From positions 62-64,061 of the forward strand of contig CAZLVS010000002.1 of assembly GCA_964563085.1 (NCBI GenBank): DNA of 64,000 nt. Direction: 5' to 3'. The DNA is from an uncultured Ignavibacteria bacterium. GTDB taxonomy: Bacteria > Zixibacteria > MSB-5A5 > UM-FILTER-46-8. A program made the translations under genes and the position numbers. Below are positions 37,033 through 48,440 of the stretch, piece by piece. Below the pieces are notes generated by a model. It did not search any database and was not told where the DNA came from. It worked only from the letters and a program-made list of their open reading frames with translations. Position 1 is the first letter of the stretch. Every line of letters begins with the position of its first letter.

Positions 37033-37251
37033 TATGACTCCTCCTGTTTCAGATTGATTGGGATTTCCATTTTGCTCTCTAACCTAAATTTCAATTCATT
37101 CGAAGATAATTCAATTCAGATTCTTTGAAGTATTTCTGAAATTCCTTTTAATAGTATCATAAACAGCGAGGAATTCAAGGGAATTATGTGAGGCGGAAAT
37201 TATTTCCGGTTTTACGCAGCGCTTTTCGTTCAGGATTGGATGGTATCAATC

Positions 37252-38394
<1,143 letters not shown>

Positions 38395-38425
38395 TCATTA
38401 TCCGTAAATCTAAGCAGTTATGGTT

Positions 38426-38590
38426 TAGCCTGGATTATTCGTAAATTTGGAAATCGGAAGCGGAAGCCTTGTGCTTCCGGGGTTTCTCTGTAATCTTCTA
38501 TTCCAATCTGTAAATGCTCTATTTTTTATAAATCCCCGAAGGAATAGCCTTCGGTTACCGAATATCAGACTTTATGAATTATATAGGATA
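38426..38590 (+). mobile_element. 165-bp MITE-like repeat, copy 6 (most diverged)
   Basis: TIRs and both hairpins kept despite many substitutions. Confidence 0.8.
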
Positions 38591-38670
38591 AATATATCAT
38601 GTCTGTTAAATCCAGGCAATGACTCAATATCGGAAAATGGGAATGTATACCGATTATGACAAAAACAAAC

Positions 38671-38850
38671 CGGCGGACGAGGATGTCTGACCGCACCCAA
38701 GAGTGCCGTCCCCCGAAGTCATTGCGAGGAGCATAGCGACGAAGCAATCCACATACTCCGTAGCCGAAGCCTTGCCCTTCGGGATCACAGAACTATGTGC
38801 TGTCGGGTCACCGCACGCGTCATTGCGAGCAAAGCGAAGGCGACGTAGGA
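38671..38850. repeat. mixed REP-like cluster
   Basis: GTCATTGCGAG..GAAGCAATCC at 38718-38750, GTAGCCGAAGCCTTGCCCTTCGG at 38760, CGTCATTGCGAGC at 38818. Confidence 0.6.
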
Positions 38851-39438
38851 CGGGTTCCGGAATTCGGCGATAGCCGAATGGAGAAACCCGACACACTTGC
38901 TAAACGCCAAGCGTCCCATAGAGGATAGAGCTCGAAGGCATACTTCGGCCTTTTTGCATAACATTTAGTTCCCCGATCGGGAATATCCCCATTCCGAAAA
39001 TAATCACGTATGCTGAAAATAATCCGCAAGATATCCGCACTAAAACAAACTTAAGTTATGGATCAATGTAACAAAGCATTTCGAAACCGTTAATCCATAG
39101 CCTTAATAGGAAGAATGCTATGAAAGAAATTACTCGCTATAAGCCTATTACTCATTGGACTGAAACTATGTTAGGGTGGAATTTCCGCGTGGCGGTTTCA
39201 TTGCGGTATAATGCGAGGTTTGTCCATAAGCGCCAAAATTGTAGAAACACAAAAACATGAAAAGTCTGCAAGATTTATCGCTTTTAGCGAATTGTAATAG
39301 TTTGGAGTGAACCCAAATCTGTTTGGAGGTGAGTTAAGGAAATGAATAATTACAGGGATTCCCCCGGATATTGTCCTAATCGTGTAAAATGGGGGCGAAG
39401 GAAATTTGAGGTACTAATTTAATAATAAGGAGTTTAAG

Positions 39439-40461
39439 ATGTTAAGGAAATTAATTACATTATTATTAGCAATAATCATGGTGATTTTTGTTATTGGAAT
39501 GGCTCAAGCCACGGTTTATTCCTGCCGTGCTTTTCTTGAATATGAACTTGACCACTCCGGTATTCACGTAGAGTTCGAAGGTAACTGGGGTCATTACATC
39601 TGCCGCGGACTGTATGAGCATACATACACAGTCGAAAACGGTTATTGGATCTTAGAGTTTCCGTCTTGTTGGTACGACGTGTGCCTTACACCACCGGACA
39701 CAGCAAAGTGGGAAACCCTTTGCTGGGAAAATTCATATTTCCCGCCAGGGACCTATGACTGTCTTGAAAACGGCAAATGGGATACATTATGGGCTAAATT
39801 ACCGAGATTCGATATTGTTATGCATCCATATGATCCGCCGGTTGTAGTTCCACAATGCGGAAGCTTCAGGTATACTGGCATACTCAAAAATAATTATGGT
39901 ATGCCCGGTACTGTAGATGTCTGGATCGAAATCGGCGGACTATATGAAGCTAGGAAATTTTTGAATATTCCCATTGAAGGAAATCAAGAGATAATAGTCG
40001 AAAATATACGTCAAAGAGTCCCATGCTGGGTTCCACCCGATGTATATAGTTATTGCGTGTATGTCGGTGATTATCCTGATGATGTTATCGATTCTTACTG
40101 CTTCAATTTTACAGTCACGGAAGCGTTTGCCGGAGGCGGCGGAGTAAATGAATGGCAAGTTGATGCTTGGTTTGATTACGAAGCCGTATCAAAATCTTCA
40201 ACAACAAGCGTTTTGAGCAATACTCCCAATCCCTTCAACGCCACGACATCAATTATGTTTAATCTCACCGAGGAAACTGAGGTTAAGCTGGAGGTCTATG
40301 ACCTGCTGGGACGGAGGGTAGCAACGTTGGCGGATGGCGCTTACAACGCCGGCGAACATTCGGTCACCTGGGACGCTTCGGACTATTCCAGCGGTGTTTA
40401 TTTCTACCGGCTGGAAGCGGGCGATGAGGTGTTTACTAAACGTATGACTTTGCTTAAGTAG
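39439..40461 (+). CDS. secreted Cys/Trp-rich protein with pre-CTD domain and T9SS-like CTD
   Basis: Signal peptide; DIVMHPYDPPVVVP domain; NTPNPFN..KRMTLLK. Confidence 0.85.
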   Translation: MLRKLITLLLAIIMVIFVIGMAQATVYSCRAFLEYELDHSGIHVEFEGNWGHYICRGLYEHTYTVENGYWILEFPSCWYDVCLTPPDTAKWETLCWENSYFPPGTYDCLENGKWDTLWAKLPRFDIVMHPYDPPVVVPQCGSFRYTGILKNNYGMPGTVDVWIEIGGLYEARKFLNIPIEGNQEIIVENIRQRVPCWVPPDVYSYCVYVGDYPDDVIDSYCFNFTVTEAFAGGGGVNEWQVDAWFDYEAVSKSSTTSVLSNTPNPFNATTSIMFNLTEETEVKLEVYDLLGRRVATLADGAYNAGEHSVTWDASDYSSGVYFYRLEAGDEVFTKRMTLLK

Positions 40462-40540
40462 GGGAAAATATTATCCGGGTGGAACATTTCCGCCCGGGTA
40501 ATTGTAAGATGAATAGGAGGTATAACTAAAGGAGGATGCT

Positions 40541-41206
40541 ATGTATGTACGTTCGGTTTTTCTAACAGTGTTCCTGTGTGTGGGAATAATTTCATTAGCG
40601 GGGGCAAATCCGAGACCGGATACAACAGGAGGGTTTATTTTGGGTTACGCCTTTTTGGAGGATGGAGGGGAGTCCCCGGTTAGAGTGGATTTTGTATACC
40701 AATCAAATTCCTTACCTCATCAAGATTCTACAATCTTTACGATCACCGATTACTCCGGGTATTTCGAATTCTATTTCACCTGGACTGAAGCGGCCACTGA
40801 TTTCCTGTTGAAGTATTCACGTCGCGGATATCTGAGTGAAACAAGGTATTCCGATTATGTACCGGTGTGGTATAACGGGGAGTACTGGCGAATGGATTTT
40901 TCAACGGTAACTCTGGAATGTGATGATCGAATGGTGATAGGTGATGATCGAATACGGATAGGAAATGATCCCAATCCATTCAATCCCGCTACGTCTATCG
41001 AATTCGTTTTACCGGCGCAAGCTAATGTAAAGCTCGAGATATATGACATCATGGGGCGGAAAGTGGCTGCACTGGCGGACGGCGCTTACGATGCCGGCAG
41101 GCATACAGTGAGTTGGGATGCTTCGGATCAATCCAGCGGGGTTTATTTCTACCGGCTGGAAGCGGGTGATAAGGTCGTTACGAAACGGATGACGCTGTTG
41201 AAGTAA
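40541..41206 (+). CDS. small secreted protein with T9SS-like CTD
   Basis: GGAGG RBS, signal peptide and CTD. Confidence 0.85.
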   Translation: MYVRSVFLTVFLCVGIISLAGANPRPDTTGGFILGYAFLEDGGESPVRVDFVYQSNSLPHQDSTIFTITDYSGYFEFYFTWTEAATDFLLKYSRRGYLSETRYSDYVPVWYNGEYWRMDFSTVTLECDDRMVIGDDRIRIGNDPNPFNPATSIEFVLPAQANVKLEIYDIMGRKVAALADGAYDAGRHTVSWDASDQSSGVYFYRLEAGDKVVTKRMTLLK

Positions 41207-41217
41207 AGGAGTAACGG

Positions 41218-41249
41218 GTTGTTCGGATGGAATGCTCCATCCGAACAAC
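41218..41249 (+). terminator. perfect 14-bp stem-loop between the paralogous genes
   Basis: GTTGTTCGGATGGA-ATGC-TCCATCCGAACAAC. Confidence 0.55.
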
Positions 41250-41288
41250 TGCTTAATCAGATAAGAGGTACTACAAAAGGAGGATGCT

Positions 41289-42242
41289 ATGTATGTACGT
41301 TCGGTTTTTCTAACAGTGTTCCTGTGTGTAGGAATAGTTTCATTAGCGGGGGCAAATCCGCTTCCCGGTAATCCAGTGGAGTACAATGTGGATATTTTAT
41401 ATCCAACGGACGACGCTCGAATTAAAATGAGTAAGCCGGATACGAATTACGGCTCGAATTCAAATCTTTGGATAAGGAATAGATATGGGTCGCCATACCA
41501 TCCGGACCACTGGGAAAGCGACGCACTGCTGAAATTCGACTTATCCAATCTTCCCCCCGATGCAAACATAAACTCGGCGACTTTGAATATGTACTATTAT
41601 TACTGGAAAGATAACAATCCCACCGGGAGGGAGTTAACGGCGTATAAGATCATCGAAGACTGGGATGAAATGACGGTTACCTTCAATAACCAGCCATCTA
41701 CTGCGCCGGAACTGTCAGCGAGTTCGACCGTGCCTGCCGATTACGGTTGGATGAGCTGGGATGTTTCCGAAGACGTCCAGGATTATGTCAATGGACAGAC
41801 TGAGAATTATGGGTGGAAAATCATGGATGAGGAGTACTGGGGGCAGTACAATATCCCCAGGATATATTTCTACACGAAAGAGTGGGAGACTGCCGAGTTC
41901 ATTCCTTTTCTCGAAATCAGCTACTCAGGGGAGGAGCCAACGTCTATATCCATTGAGATGGCTCCCCATGATAATCCCGCTGCAGTCCAGCTTCACGCTA
42001 ATTATCCCAATCCGTTCAATCCCGCTACGTCTATCGAATTCGTTTTACCGGCGCAAGCTAATGTAAAGCTCGAGATATATGACATCATGGGGCGGAAAGT
42101 GGCTGCACTGGCGGACGGCGCTTACGATGCCGGCAGGCATACAGTGAGTTGGGATGCTTCGGATCAATCCAGCGGGGTTTATTTCTACCGGCTGGAAGCG
42201 GGTGATAAGGTCGTTACGAAACGGATGACGCTGTTGAAGTAA
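41289..42242 (+). CDS. secreted DNRLRE/CBM96-like domain protein with T9SS-like CTD
   Basis: DARI....PDTNYG, LLKFDLS, SATL, W.E..VTFNNQP, WDV...VQ and NYGW motifs. Confidence 0.8.
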   Translation: MYVRSVFLTVFLCVGIVSLAGANPLPGNPVEYNVDILYPTDDARIKMSKPDTNYGSNSNLWIRNRYGSPYHPDHWESDALLKFDLSNLPPDANINSATLNMYYYYWKDNNPTGRELTAYKIIEDWDEMTVTFNNQPSTAPELSASSTVPADYGWMSWDVSEDVQDYVNGQTENYGWKIMDEEYWGQYNIPRIYFYTKEWETAEFIPFLEISYSGEEPTSISIEMAPHDNPAAVQLHANYPNPFNPATSIEFVLPAQANVKLEIYDIMGRKVAALADGAYDAGRHTVSWDASDQSSGVYFYRLEAGDKVVTKRMTLLK

Positions 42243-42259
42243 GTCTGTGGGTTTATTTT

Positions 42260-42380
42260 GCCGTCGGGCGTTCTCACCCGATCCCGATTTTATCTGGGCG
42301 CCAGGTCGAATGACCTGGCGCCGCTTTTCGGTGCTGTCGGGCTCCTGCAAATGTGGCGTCGGGCCGCCGCACCCGACAGA
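42260..42380. repeat. GC-rich palindromic cluster between convergent genes
   Basis: GGCGCCAGGTCGAATGACCTGGCGCC and GTCGGG..CCCGA hairpins. Confidence 0.5.
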
Positions 42381-42388
42381 TTCATATT

Positions 42389-44662
42389 TTATTTAAGCAG
42401 CGTCATCCGCTTGGTGATTACATTGTCGCCAGCGCTTAGCTTATAGAAATAAACTCCGCTGGAGAAGCTGGCAGCATCCCAGGTTACAGTATGCTGTCCG
42501 GCAACCTTATTGCCGTTCACCAGTGTAGCGACTCTCTGTCCCATCAAGTTGTACACTTCCAAACTTACTTCCCCGGCTTCCGGCAAGCTAAAGCTGATAT
42601 TGGTGGAAGCATTGAACGGATTAGGATAGTTGGTCTGCAATCCATACTCGGTAGGAATAATTTCGCTTCCGAAGAACTCGCCTTCGATCGACCATTCGGC
42701 GGCGCCGTCAGCGATCCTGGCTCCTGCCACCGTGAACGGGAAAGAGGCGCTGTCGCAGACCTCATCGGGGCGATCGCCGCAATATGCCATATAGGTGTAT
42801 GTACCCAAGGGCGCAAATCCCGGCACATTCTGCCACGTATGCGCAGTCATCGACTCGCCCGGGTCTAACGGGATATTATTGAACGCAAACTGCTGGAAGA
42901 AATCACCCAGGTAGATCACTCCGCCCCAGACGTCCGTGGTAATCGGGTCATCGGTAGGATTACCGATGTAGCCGGTTAAACCGAAGCGGCCGCCCGGTTC
43001 AACTATAACGGGGTCATCGTCGGGAGTCATATCAACATCGCAGCAGGGTCCGCATTCCAGACCGCAATAGCCGTACCAGGTTCCGCCGGGACCGTCGGTT
43101 CCGGTAAAGAGTTTTTCACAGGTTACCGACAGAGTCCATCCCCAGCTGCTCGACCAACCGTTAGGAATGTTGAAAGTCTCAACATAAGTGCCGTCAAACT
43201 CATAGACATGAACGTCACCGCCGTCTTCCCATGTGAACAGGTTACAGCCGTTGGTGGCGATGCAGAATTCGAATCCCCAACCGTTGGTGGTAAATCCATA
43301 CATGGTATCCACCAGCTCGCAGGTTTCGAAATCAATTACCCAGACTGTGCCTCCGCTATGCTCGTACATTAAATTAGCAGCGGGATCGTAACATACTTTA
43401 GCCTGATAATCATGGAATACTCCGCTGCAAACAAGGTTGTATGTGCCGGCTTCCGGATCTATCTGATAGAGGTCAGTTCCATAAATCTTCACGTAGAATT
43501 GACCGTCATTCGGGTTGAAGAAGATAGCCCTCATGTCCAGCGTCAAGCTGACCTGACCCAGACTATTGCCTTCCAGATCGAATTTCTCCACAGCGCCCAG
43601 ACTGCTGATGCCGCCATTGACGGAGTACATATACTCATCGTTACACGCTATGGACATCAAGGTGACGTCGAGGCTGTTTGTAAAGGTCATGCATTCTTCC
43701 GGAGTATAATCGAGTATATCGCTTACCTGCGATTCATTAGCCGGTGAGAGCGCATAACTCGGGGATGCCGCAGTATTCACCATAGCGGCTTCCCATCCAC
43801 CTTCAATCGCCCAGTTCTCGGCGCCGTTTCTAAAGGAACCCGCGGTTACCGTGAACTCAAACATAGCGGAATCGCAAGCCTCGGGTTTCTCCCCGGAAAA
43901 GGCGATATAGGTATAGGTACCGGAAGGGGCAAATACCGGTACGCTCTGATTAAGATGAGCGGATAATTCCTCTCCGGGATCAAGCGGTATGTTGCCGAAA
44001 TTCCAGAGCTGGAAAAAATCACCCAGGTAGATAACTCCCACCCATACATCTGTAACGATCGGATCGGGATTGGGATTGGCGATATAACCGGTCAATCCGA
44101 AAGTACCGCCGGGCGGAACCATCACGGGATCATCATCGGGAACCATATCCACATCGCTGCAGAGTGTTTCCTCATATTCGAAGTCATCGATGGTATAGAA
44201 ATTTCCGGAATTATGCATCAACACATAGTCTATGCCATCGGCATTAATTTCCAGAAAGTCGTTCTGTCCGTAGTTATCTGGTCCCGATATCGATGCTAAC
44301 AGATTGTCATCGGAATCATATCCTTCCAGGTAAAACATAGAACCGGTTCCCGCGGTATACCAAACGCCTACATGGTTGGTCGGATCTTCAAAGTCGACCC
44401 TGATAGTGTTATCCGAATCGGTAAAAAGCACCTGGTTTCCCGAATGCGGCGGGTAGCCGGTATTGTTATATCCATAGACAACAGATTCAAGGATTGTCGC
44501 ATCGGGACCGAAAAACAGTCCTTCATAAAAGTCGCCCAGGTTTTGATCGCCGCCGAAATACCAATAGGTTTCGGGTACGTCCTCAAGATCGAGAACGGTC
44601 AACGCGTTTACTGTTCCAAAGGCAAACAGAACAATACAGATAGTTGTTAAAACACTTTTCAT
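42389..44662 (-). CDS. secreted acidic multidomain protein with two pre-CTD-type domains and T9SS-like CTD
   Basis: Signal peptide; two DVDMxPDDDPVxVxPGG domains around a propeller-like region; NYPNPFN..KRMTLLK. Confidence 0.85.
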   Translation of the reverse strand: MKSVLTTICIVLFAFGTVNALTVLDLEDVPETYWYFGGDQNLGDFYEGLFFGPDATILESVVYGYNNTGYPPHSGNQVLFTDSDNTIRVDFEDPTNHVGVWYTAGTGSMFYLEGYDSDDNLLASISGPDNYGQNDFLEINADGIDYVLMHNSGNFYTIDDFEYEETLCSDVDMVPDDDPVMVPPGGTFGLTGYIANPNPDPIVTDVWVGVIYLGDFFQLWNFGNIPLDPGEELSAHLNQSVPVFAPSGTYTYIAFSGEKPEACDSAMFEFTVTAGSFRNGAENWAIEGGWEAAMVNTAASPSYALSPANESQVSDILDYTPEECMTFTNSLDVTLMSIACNDEYMYSVNGGISSLGAVEKFDLEGNSLGQVSLTLDMRAIFFNPNDGQFYVKIYGTDLYQIDPEAGTYNLVCSGVFHDYQAKVCYDPAANLMYEHSGGTVWVIDFETCELVDTMYGFTTNGWGFEFCIATNGCNLFTWEDGGDVHVYEFDGTYVETFNIPNGWSSSWGWTLSVTCEKLFTGTDGPGGTWYGYCGLECGPCCDVDMTPDDDPVIVEPGGRFGLTGYIGNPTDDPITTDVWGGVIYLGDFFQQFAFNNIPLDPGESMTAHTWQNVPGFAPLGTYTYMAYCGDRPDEVCDSASFPFTVAGARIADGAAEWSIEGEFFGSEIIPTEYGLQTNYPNPFNASTNISFSLPEAGEVSLEVYNLMGQRVATLVNGNKVAGQHTVTWDAASFSSGVYFYKLSAGDNVITKRMTLLK

Positions 44663-45002
44663 AATTACTCCTGATTGAATAAATGTTTGGATTAAGAAAT
44701 CGATCCAACAACGGAAATACGTTATAACTCCTCCTTTCGATTATCAAAATTACAGCAGATTACTCTCGAAGTTACTTTTAGCGCGGAAAATACCATTCTA
44801 TATTTCACGAGCTATTGATATCACTTTTGAAAGAACACAACGCAAGCGTTGATCTGAAGACCTATTGGAAATATATTATAAAAATTAGCCCTTTATTCAT
44901 AAAAGTCAAGCGATATTTATAATAGCCGGGTATGGTAATCGTTATTTTAATAATAGATGGGGAATTAGAAACGATGCTCAGACTACCTGATTACAGGATA
45001 TT

Positions 45003-45707
45003 TTATCCGAATTGACCTATTTTCCTGGCATTTTCAATTACTTCAACTGCGGATGAAAATCCTTTTTCTCCCACAGCACAGAACCAACCCATTTTCGAAG
45101 CATATTTCCGGAGTTTTCTCCCTGGTTCAACTGGAAGCGGCAGAGTGACCTTATCCAAGAGGAATCTATCATTCCAATGATCGGCTAAGGCTGCGGTTCC
45201 ATCCCAGCCTCGGCCTTGTTTCCGCAGCCACAGGTCTATCACTCCGACTTTCACAATCCCCCTGGGGTGAGGTGAGGTCAGCCTTCCGGTATAAACTTCA
45301 CTTTCAGTCTCAGGCTCCGCTGCCAGGACATCGTCGATAGCCAGATTTCTGCCCAGTATTTCCGCGAGCGGTTTCGGTGTTCCCGACACTAAAATTTGCT
45401 TGTAGCCTGATTTATGCAGCCGATTGACCGCTGGTATCACGCCATGTTTAATTTCTGCGCGGATAACCTGTTTCCAGCAGGAACTAATCCACTGCTCCAC
45501 AGCACATTCGGTTTTCCCCTTCAAGTAGGCTAATTTGAGTTGATAAAAATGATTAGCTGAGCCTTTTAATATTAAACTGAGTACATTTGAGGCTATACTA
45601 CTCCAGCTTATATATCGCTTTCCGAGGAGATACCCGATAAAGTGCCTTTCAAGGCTGCTATGGACAATGGTGCCATCTATATCCCAAATAACTAAAGGCT
45701 CAGGCAT
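45003..45707 (-). CDS. HAD-IB family phosphatase
   Basis: DIDGT motif I, VSGT motif II, K, and DHWND motif IV; overlaps the upstream stop. Confidence 0.85.
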   Translation of the reverse strand: MPEPLVIWDIDGTIVHSSLERHFIGYLLGKRYISWSSIASNVLSLILKGSANHFYQLKLAYLKGKTECAVEQWISSCWKQVIRAEIKHGVIPAVNRLHKSGYKQILVSGTPKPLAEILGRNLAIDDVLAAEPETESEVYTGRLTSPHPRGIVKVGVIDLWLRKQGRGWDGTAALADHWNDRFLLDKVTLPLPVEPGRKLRKYASKMGWFCAVGEKGFSSAVEVIENARKIGQFG

Positions 45708-46350
45708 TATCATCTTCCCGTCTAACTAATTCGACACCTTCTATAACCACGGGCGCGCCCCTCACCAAACACATGACAGCGGCTACGACTGCGCACCAAA
45801 ATCCGAATTCCATTCCGGCTGGAATCCAGGTAGTTGGAATCGACGGCAATTGAGCAGCTATTTTATCCAAAATTGATAAAAATAGCAGCCAGCCGAAGGT
45901 AAAGGCTTTGATAAATGCGTAGGATGCTCTCATAAATGGCGATCCGGTGAGAAATTTGGCGATTTTTGATTGCTGCATTGTCTTCTCACCGAATCCGGAA
46001 TAGCCAAACCGCAAAGCGTAAGCTCTAATGCTATCGGTTAATATGCCGCGTGAGATTACTAAAATAGGTATCCAAATAGGGATCAGACGTAAATCGGCTA
46101 ATATAATCCACATGACGCTCTCGAATATCCTGTCTGCAGCGATATCCAATATACTCCCCAGAGTAGTAGCCTGGTTCAGTTTTCGCGCCAGGTGACCATC
46201 GAGCCAGTCACCGACAACCACCAAAACGGCAATAGTCGCCGCAATCGCCCTTTCCCAGATTGTATTACCATACACCAGGATAGCCAGGGCGAAAACCAAT
46301 CCCAAGCGAAAAACTGTAATGAAATTGGGCAGGTTAATTAACAAAGACAT
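45700..46350 (-). CDS. CDP-alcohol phosphatidyltransferase (PgsA-like)
   Basis: NLPNFIT..R and DWLDGHLAR......LG..LD..AD motifs; start after AGGAGG. Confidence 0.9.
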   Translation of the reverse strand: MSLLINLPNFITVFRLGLVFALAILVYGNTIWERAIAATIAVLVVVGDWLDGHLARKLNQATTLGSILDIAADRIFESVMWIILADLRLIPIWIPILVISRGILTDSIRAYALRFGYSGFGEKTMQQSKIAKFLTGSPFMRASYAFIKAFTFGWLLFLSILDKIAAQLPSIPTTWIPAGMEFGFWCAVVAAVMCLVRGAPVVIEGVELVRREDDNA

Positions 46351-46626
46351 CTTACCTCCTGAGATGAGCTGGAAGGAACTGTTTTTAGGGGTAATCTTAC
46401 TGCAAAATCGCAAATTATACAATATTTTATATTTTATAAAACTGATACTGTTCCCTATCATCTTCGCCAAATAATTTTTCTCCGGTGGTGCGTCAAAACT
46501 TCAAAAAGTAAACCGATTACTATAATGTAAATTGTTAGCCCATTTTAATGCGAAATATTCCAATAGCGCGATATTTATAACATTATCACAGGCTTAATAA
46601 ATCAAGAACAGGGGGAGGAGCGAAAC

Positions 46627-47400
46627 ATGGTTTGTAAATCTATTCTCGGGATCGCATTGGTACTATCGATATTCTCGATTAATCTCTCCGCCGAGCCGGT
46701 GGAGGTAAGTATGTATCCTCACGATTGGCCTCTGGAAGTTCCGATAGGGGATGTCTTTATTTATGACGGATATGTTTACAATAATTCAGGCGATCCCCTC
46801 GATTCAGTCGATGTGTGGACCATGGCGATTCGACGCAGCGACGACGAAATATTCGGGCCATTCAAGCAGCTCGAAAATCAGTATATTCCCAGACGTTCCA
46901 TACTCTTGGTGCGGCTGGTTCACCAATTGGTCCCAGCCAGCGAGCAAACGCACGTTGGGGTATATGACTATGTCGCCTATTGCGGCAACTACTCCGATGA
47001 AGTCGATTTGTGGGATGTTTGGGATTCGTACTCATTCGAAGTATCAGTGACTCATGCCGAAGATCAACATCAAAATCGCCAATGCTGGGAATGGAACAAT
47101 TATAGCTGGGAACATGGATATATCGTGGAACTGCAACCGGAGTTTCAGGGACTCTCAAACTATCCCAATCCCTTTAATGCTAAAACTACCATATCATTCG
47201 ATTTATTAGGTGATTCCCGGGTGAACCTCAGCGTTTACAATATCGCGGGACAGAAAATCGCCGAGCTAATTGATGGGACATTAAATTCCGGTACCCATAA
47301 CGTCATTTTTGATGCTGAAAACCTGACCAGCGGCGTCTATTTCTATAAACTTAGCACGGAATATGATCTTACAACCAAACGGATGATTTTGCTCCGATAA
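46627..47400 (+). CDS. secreted protein made only of pre-CTD domain plus T9SS-like CTD
   Basis: Signal peptide, VEVSMYPHDWPLEVP...DVW...GP...YDYVAYCG, NYPNPFN. Confidence 0.85.
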   Translation: MVCKSILGIALVLSIFSINLSAEPVEVSMYPHDWPLEVPIGDVFIYDGYVYNNSGDPLDSVDVWTMAIRRSDDEIFGPFKQLENQYIPRRSILLVRLVHQLVPASEQTHVGVYDYVAYCGNYSDEVDLWDVWDSYSFEVSVTHAEDQHQNRQCWEWNNYSWEHGYIVELQPEFQGLSNYPNPFNAKTTISFDLLGDSRVNLSVYNIAGQKIAELIDGTLNSGTHNVIFDAENLTSGVYFYKLSTEYDLTTKRMILLR

Positions 47401-47407
47401 AAGGCGA

Positions 47408-47449
47408 AATGGAGATTGCCGACCTGTGCGATAATCGGCAATCTCCATT
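47408..47449. terminator. stem-loop between convergent genes
   Basis: AATGGAGATTGCCGA..TCGGCAATCTCCATT. Confidence 0.6.
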
Positions 47450-47518
47450 GAGCAAAAAACGAACAAATTATCGATTGGGGTAATAATCACCAACTCGGAT
47501 AAGCTGCGCTTCCAAGAA

Positions 47519-47830
47519 TTACGCACAGATTGGAGGACAGGGCCAGGACCTATTTCCAAGAATCTGCCCGCCGCCATCCATATCACGACCCCCGCTATCC
47601 ACACCGACTATGACCAGTTCCGGTACGCCGTTAGCTTGCAGACCATAATAAATCCTTACGCCAACACAATCCCCCTGCTCGAGGATCTCATCAAAAATGC
47701 GTCGTTCGAAATATCCTCCCCTTCTCCCTTCCAATTTCGCTTGACCGCTTATCGAATCGACATATCTCTGTTTCAATTCAGCGGCTTCCGCAGCGGTTAT
47801 TTTGTGGTCACGTTTCCCATCATAAGGCAT
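47519..47830 (-). CDS. small conserved-type protein with C-terminal PCPPxC
   Basis: GAAGGAGG RBS; C.GVRIYYG, LVIVGVD and WPCPPIC motifs. Confidence 0.8.
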   Translation of the reverse strand: MPYDGKRDHKITAAEAAELKQRYVDSISGQAKLEGRRGGYFERRIFDEILEQGDCVGVRIYYGLQANGVPELVIVGVDSGGRDMDGGGQILGNRSWPCPPICA

Positions 47831-48440
47831 GATTAACCTCCTTCACTTGAGTTGAAATCCCGAGGTTCCATGCTTGGAGTGACTTAAGATTCCATCCTTT
47901 GCCTCAGAGACAAGATAGACTATCAAATACAGTATTCATATCTGTATAAACCAACCGCTTCTAAATCCACCGCTTTTAGTTCGTGTGATTAGTAAGTGAA
48001 TAGATAATTAACGTTGTTTCAATATACGATGAAAGGTCGCTTTATAGCAAACACCATTTTTATTCCGTAACTCAAAATACGATAGAAACTAAGGACACTA
48101 AATATTTCTTGATGCGAAAATAATTACAAAAAATCGATTTTTTAGTTGATTTTAGACTTTGCATGTAGTATATTCCAATTGTGGTAGTATAAGGTAGTTG
48201 TATTAGGTAGGATACATACCCCACAAGAACATAAACATATTTATTCCCGAATCCGTTATCTTTGGAAATTCGGTAATTTTTGCTTATCGAACCGATGTTC
48301 TATAAGCAGATATTGTTCTTCCTTAAAGGGAATTTACCAAGAGGCGTTCTTTTTTTGGATTATAGTGATAATGGTTGTCATTATTAACAACAGAATTTGA
48401 GAAAAGAAACGAGTAAACCAATAACAAAAGGAGGAAACAA

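Larger units (their letters stand above)
40528..42242 (+). repeat. two pairs of near-identical direct repeats (85 bp and 239 bp)
   Basis: 40528-40612 vs 41276-41360 (2 mismatches seen); 40968-41206 vs 42004-42242 (1 mismatch seen). Confidence 0.9.

Noticed and set aside
38447-39029. Several 60-80 aa ORFs between tgt and 39439 (also 13617-13886 and 12694-12903)
   Set aside because: They are mostly translations of repeat or palindrome DNA, with no recognizable protein features
40528-42242. Diversity-generating retroelement TR/VR pair
   Set aside because: Only three mismatches in mixed A/G direction, both copies coding, and no reverse transcriptase in the window
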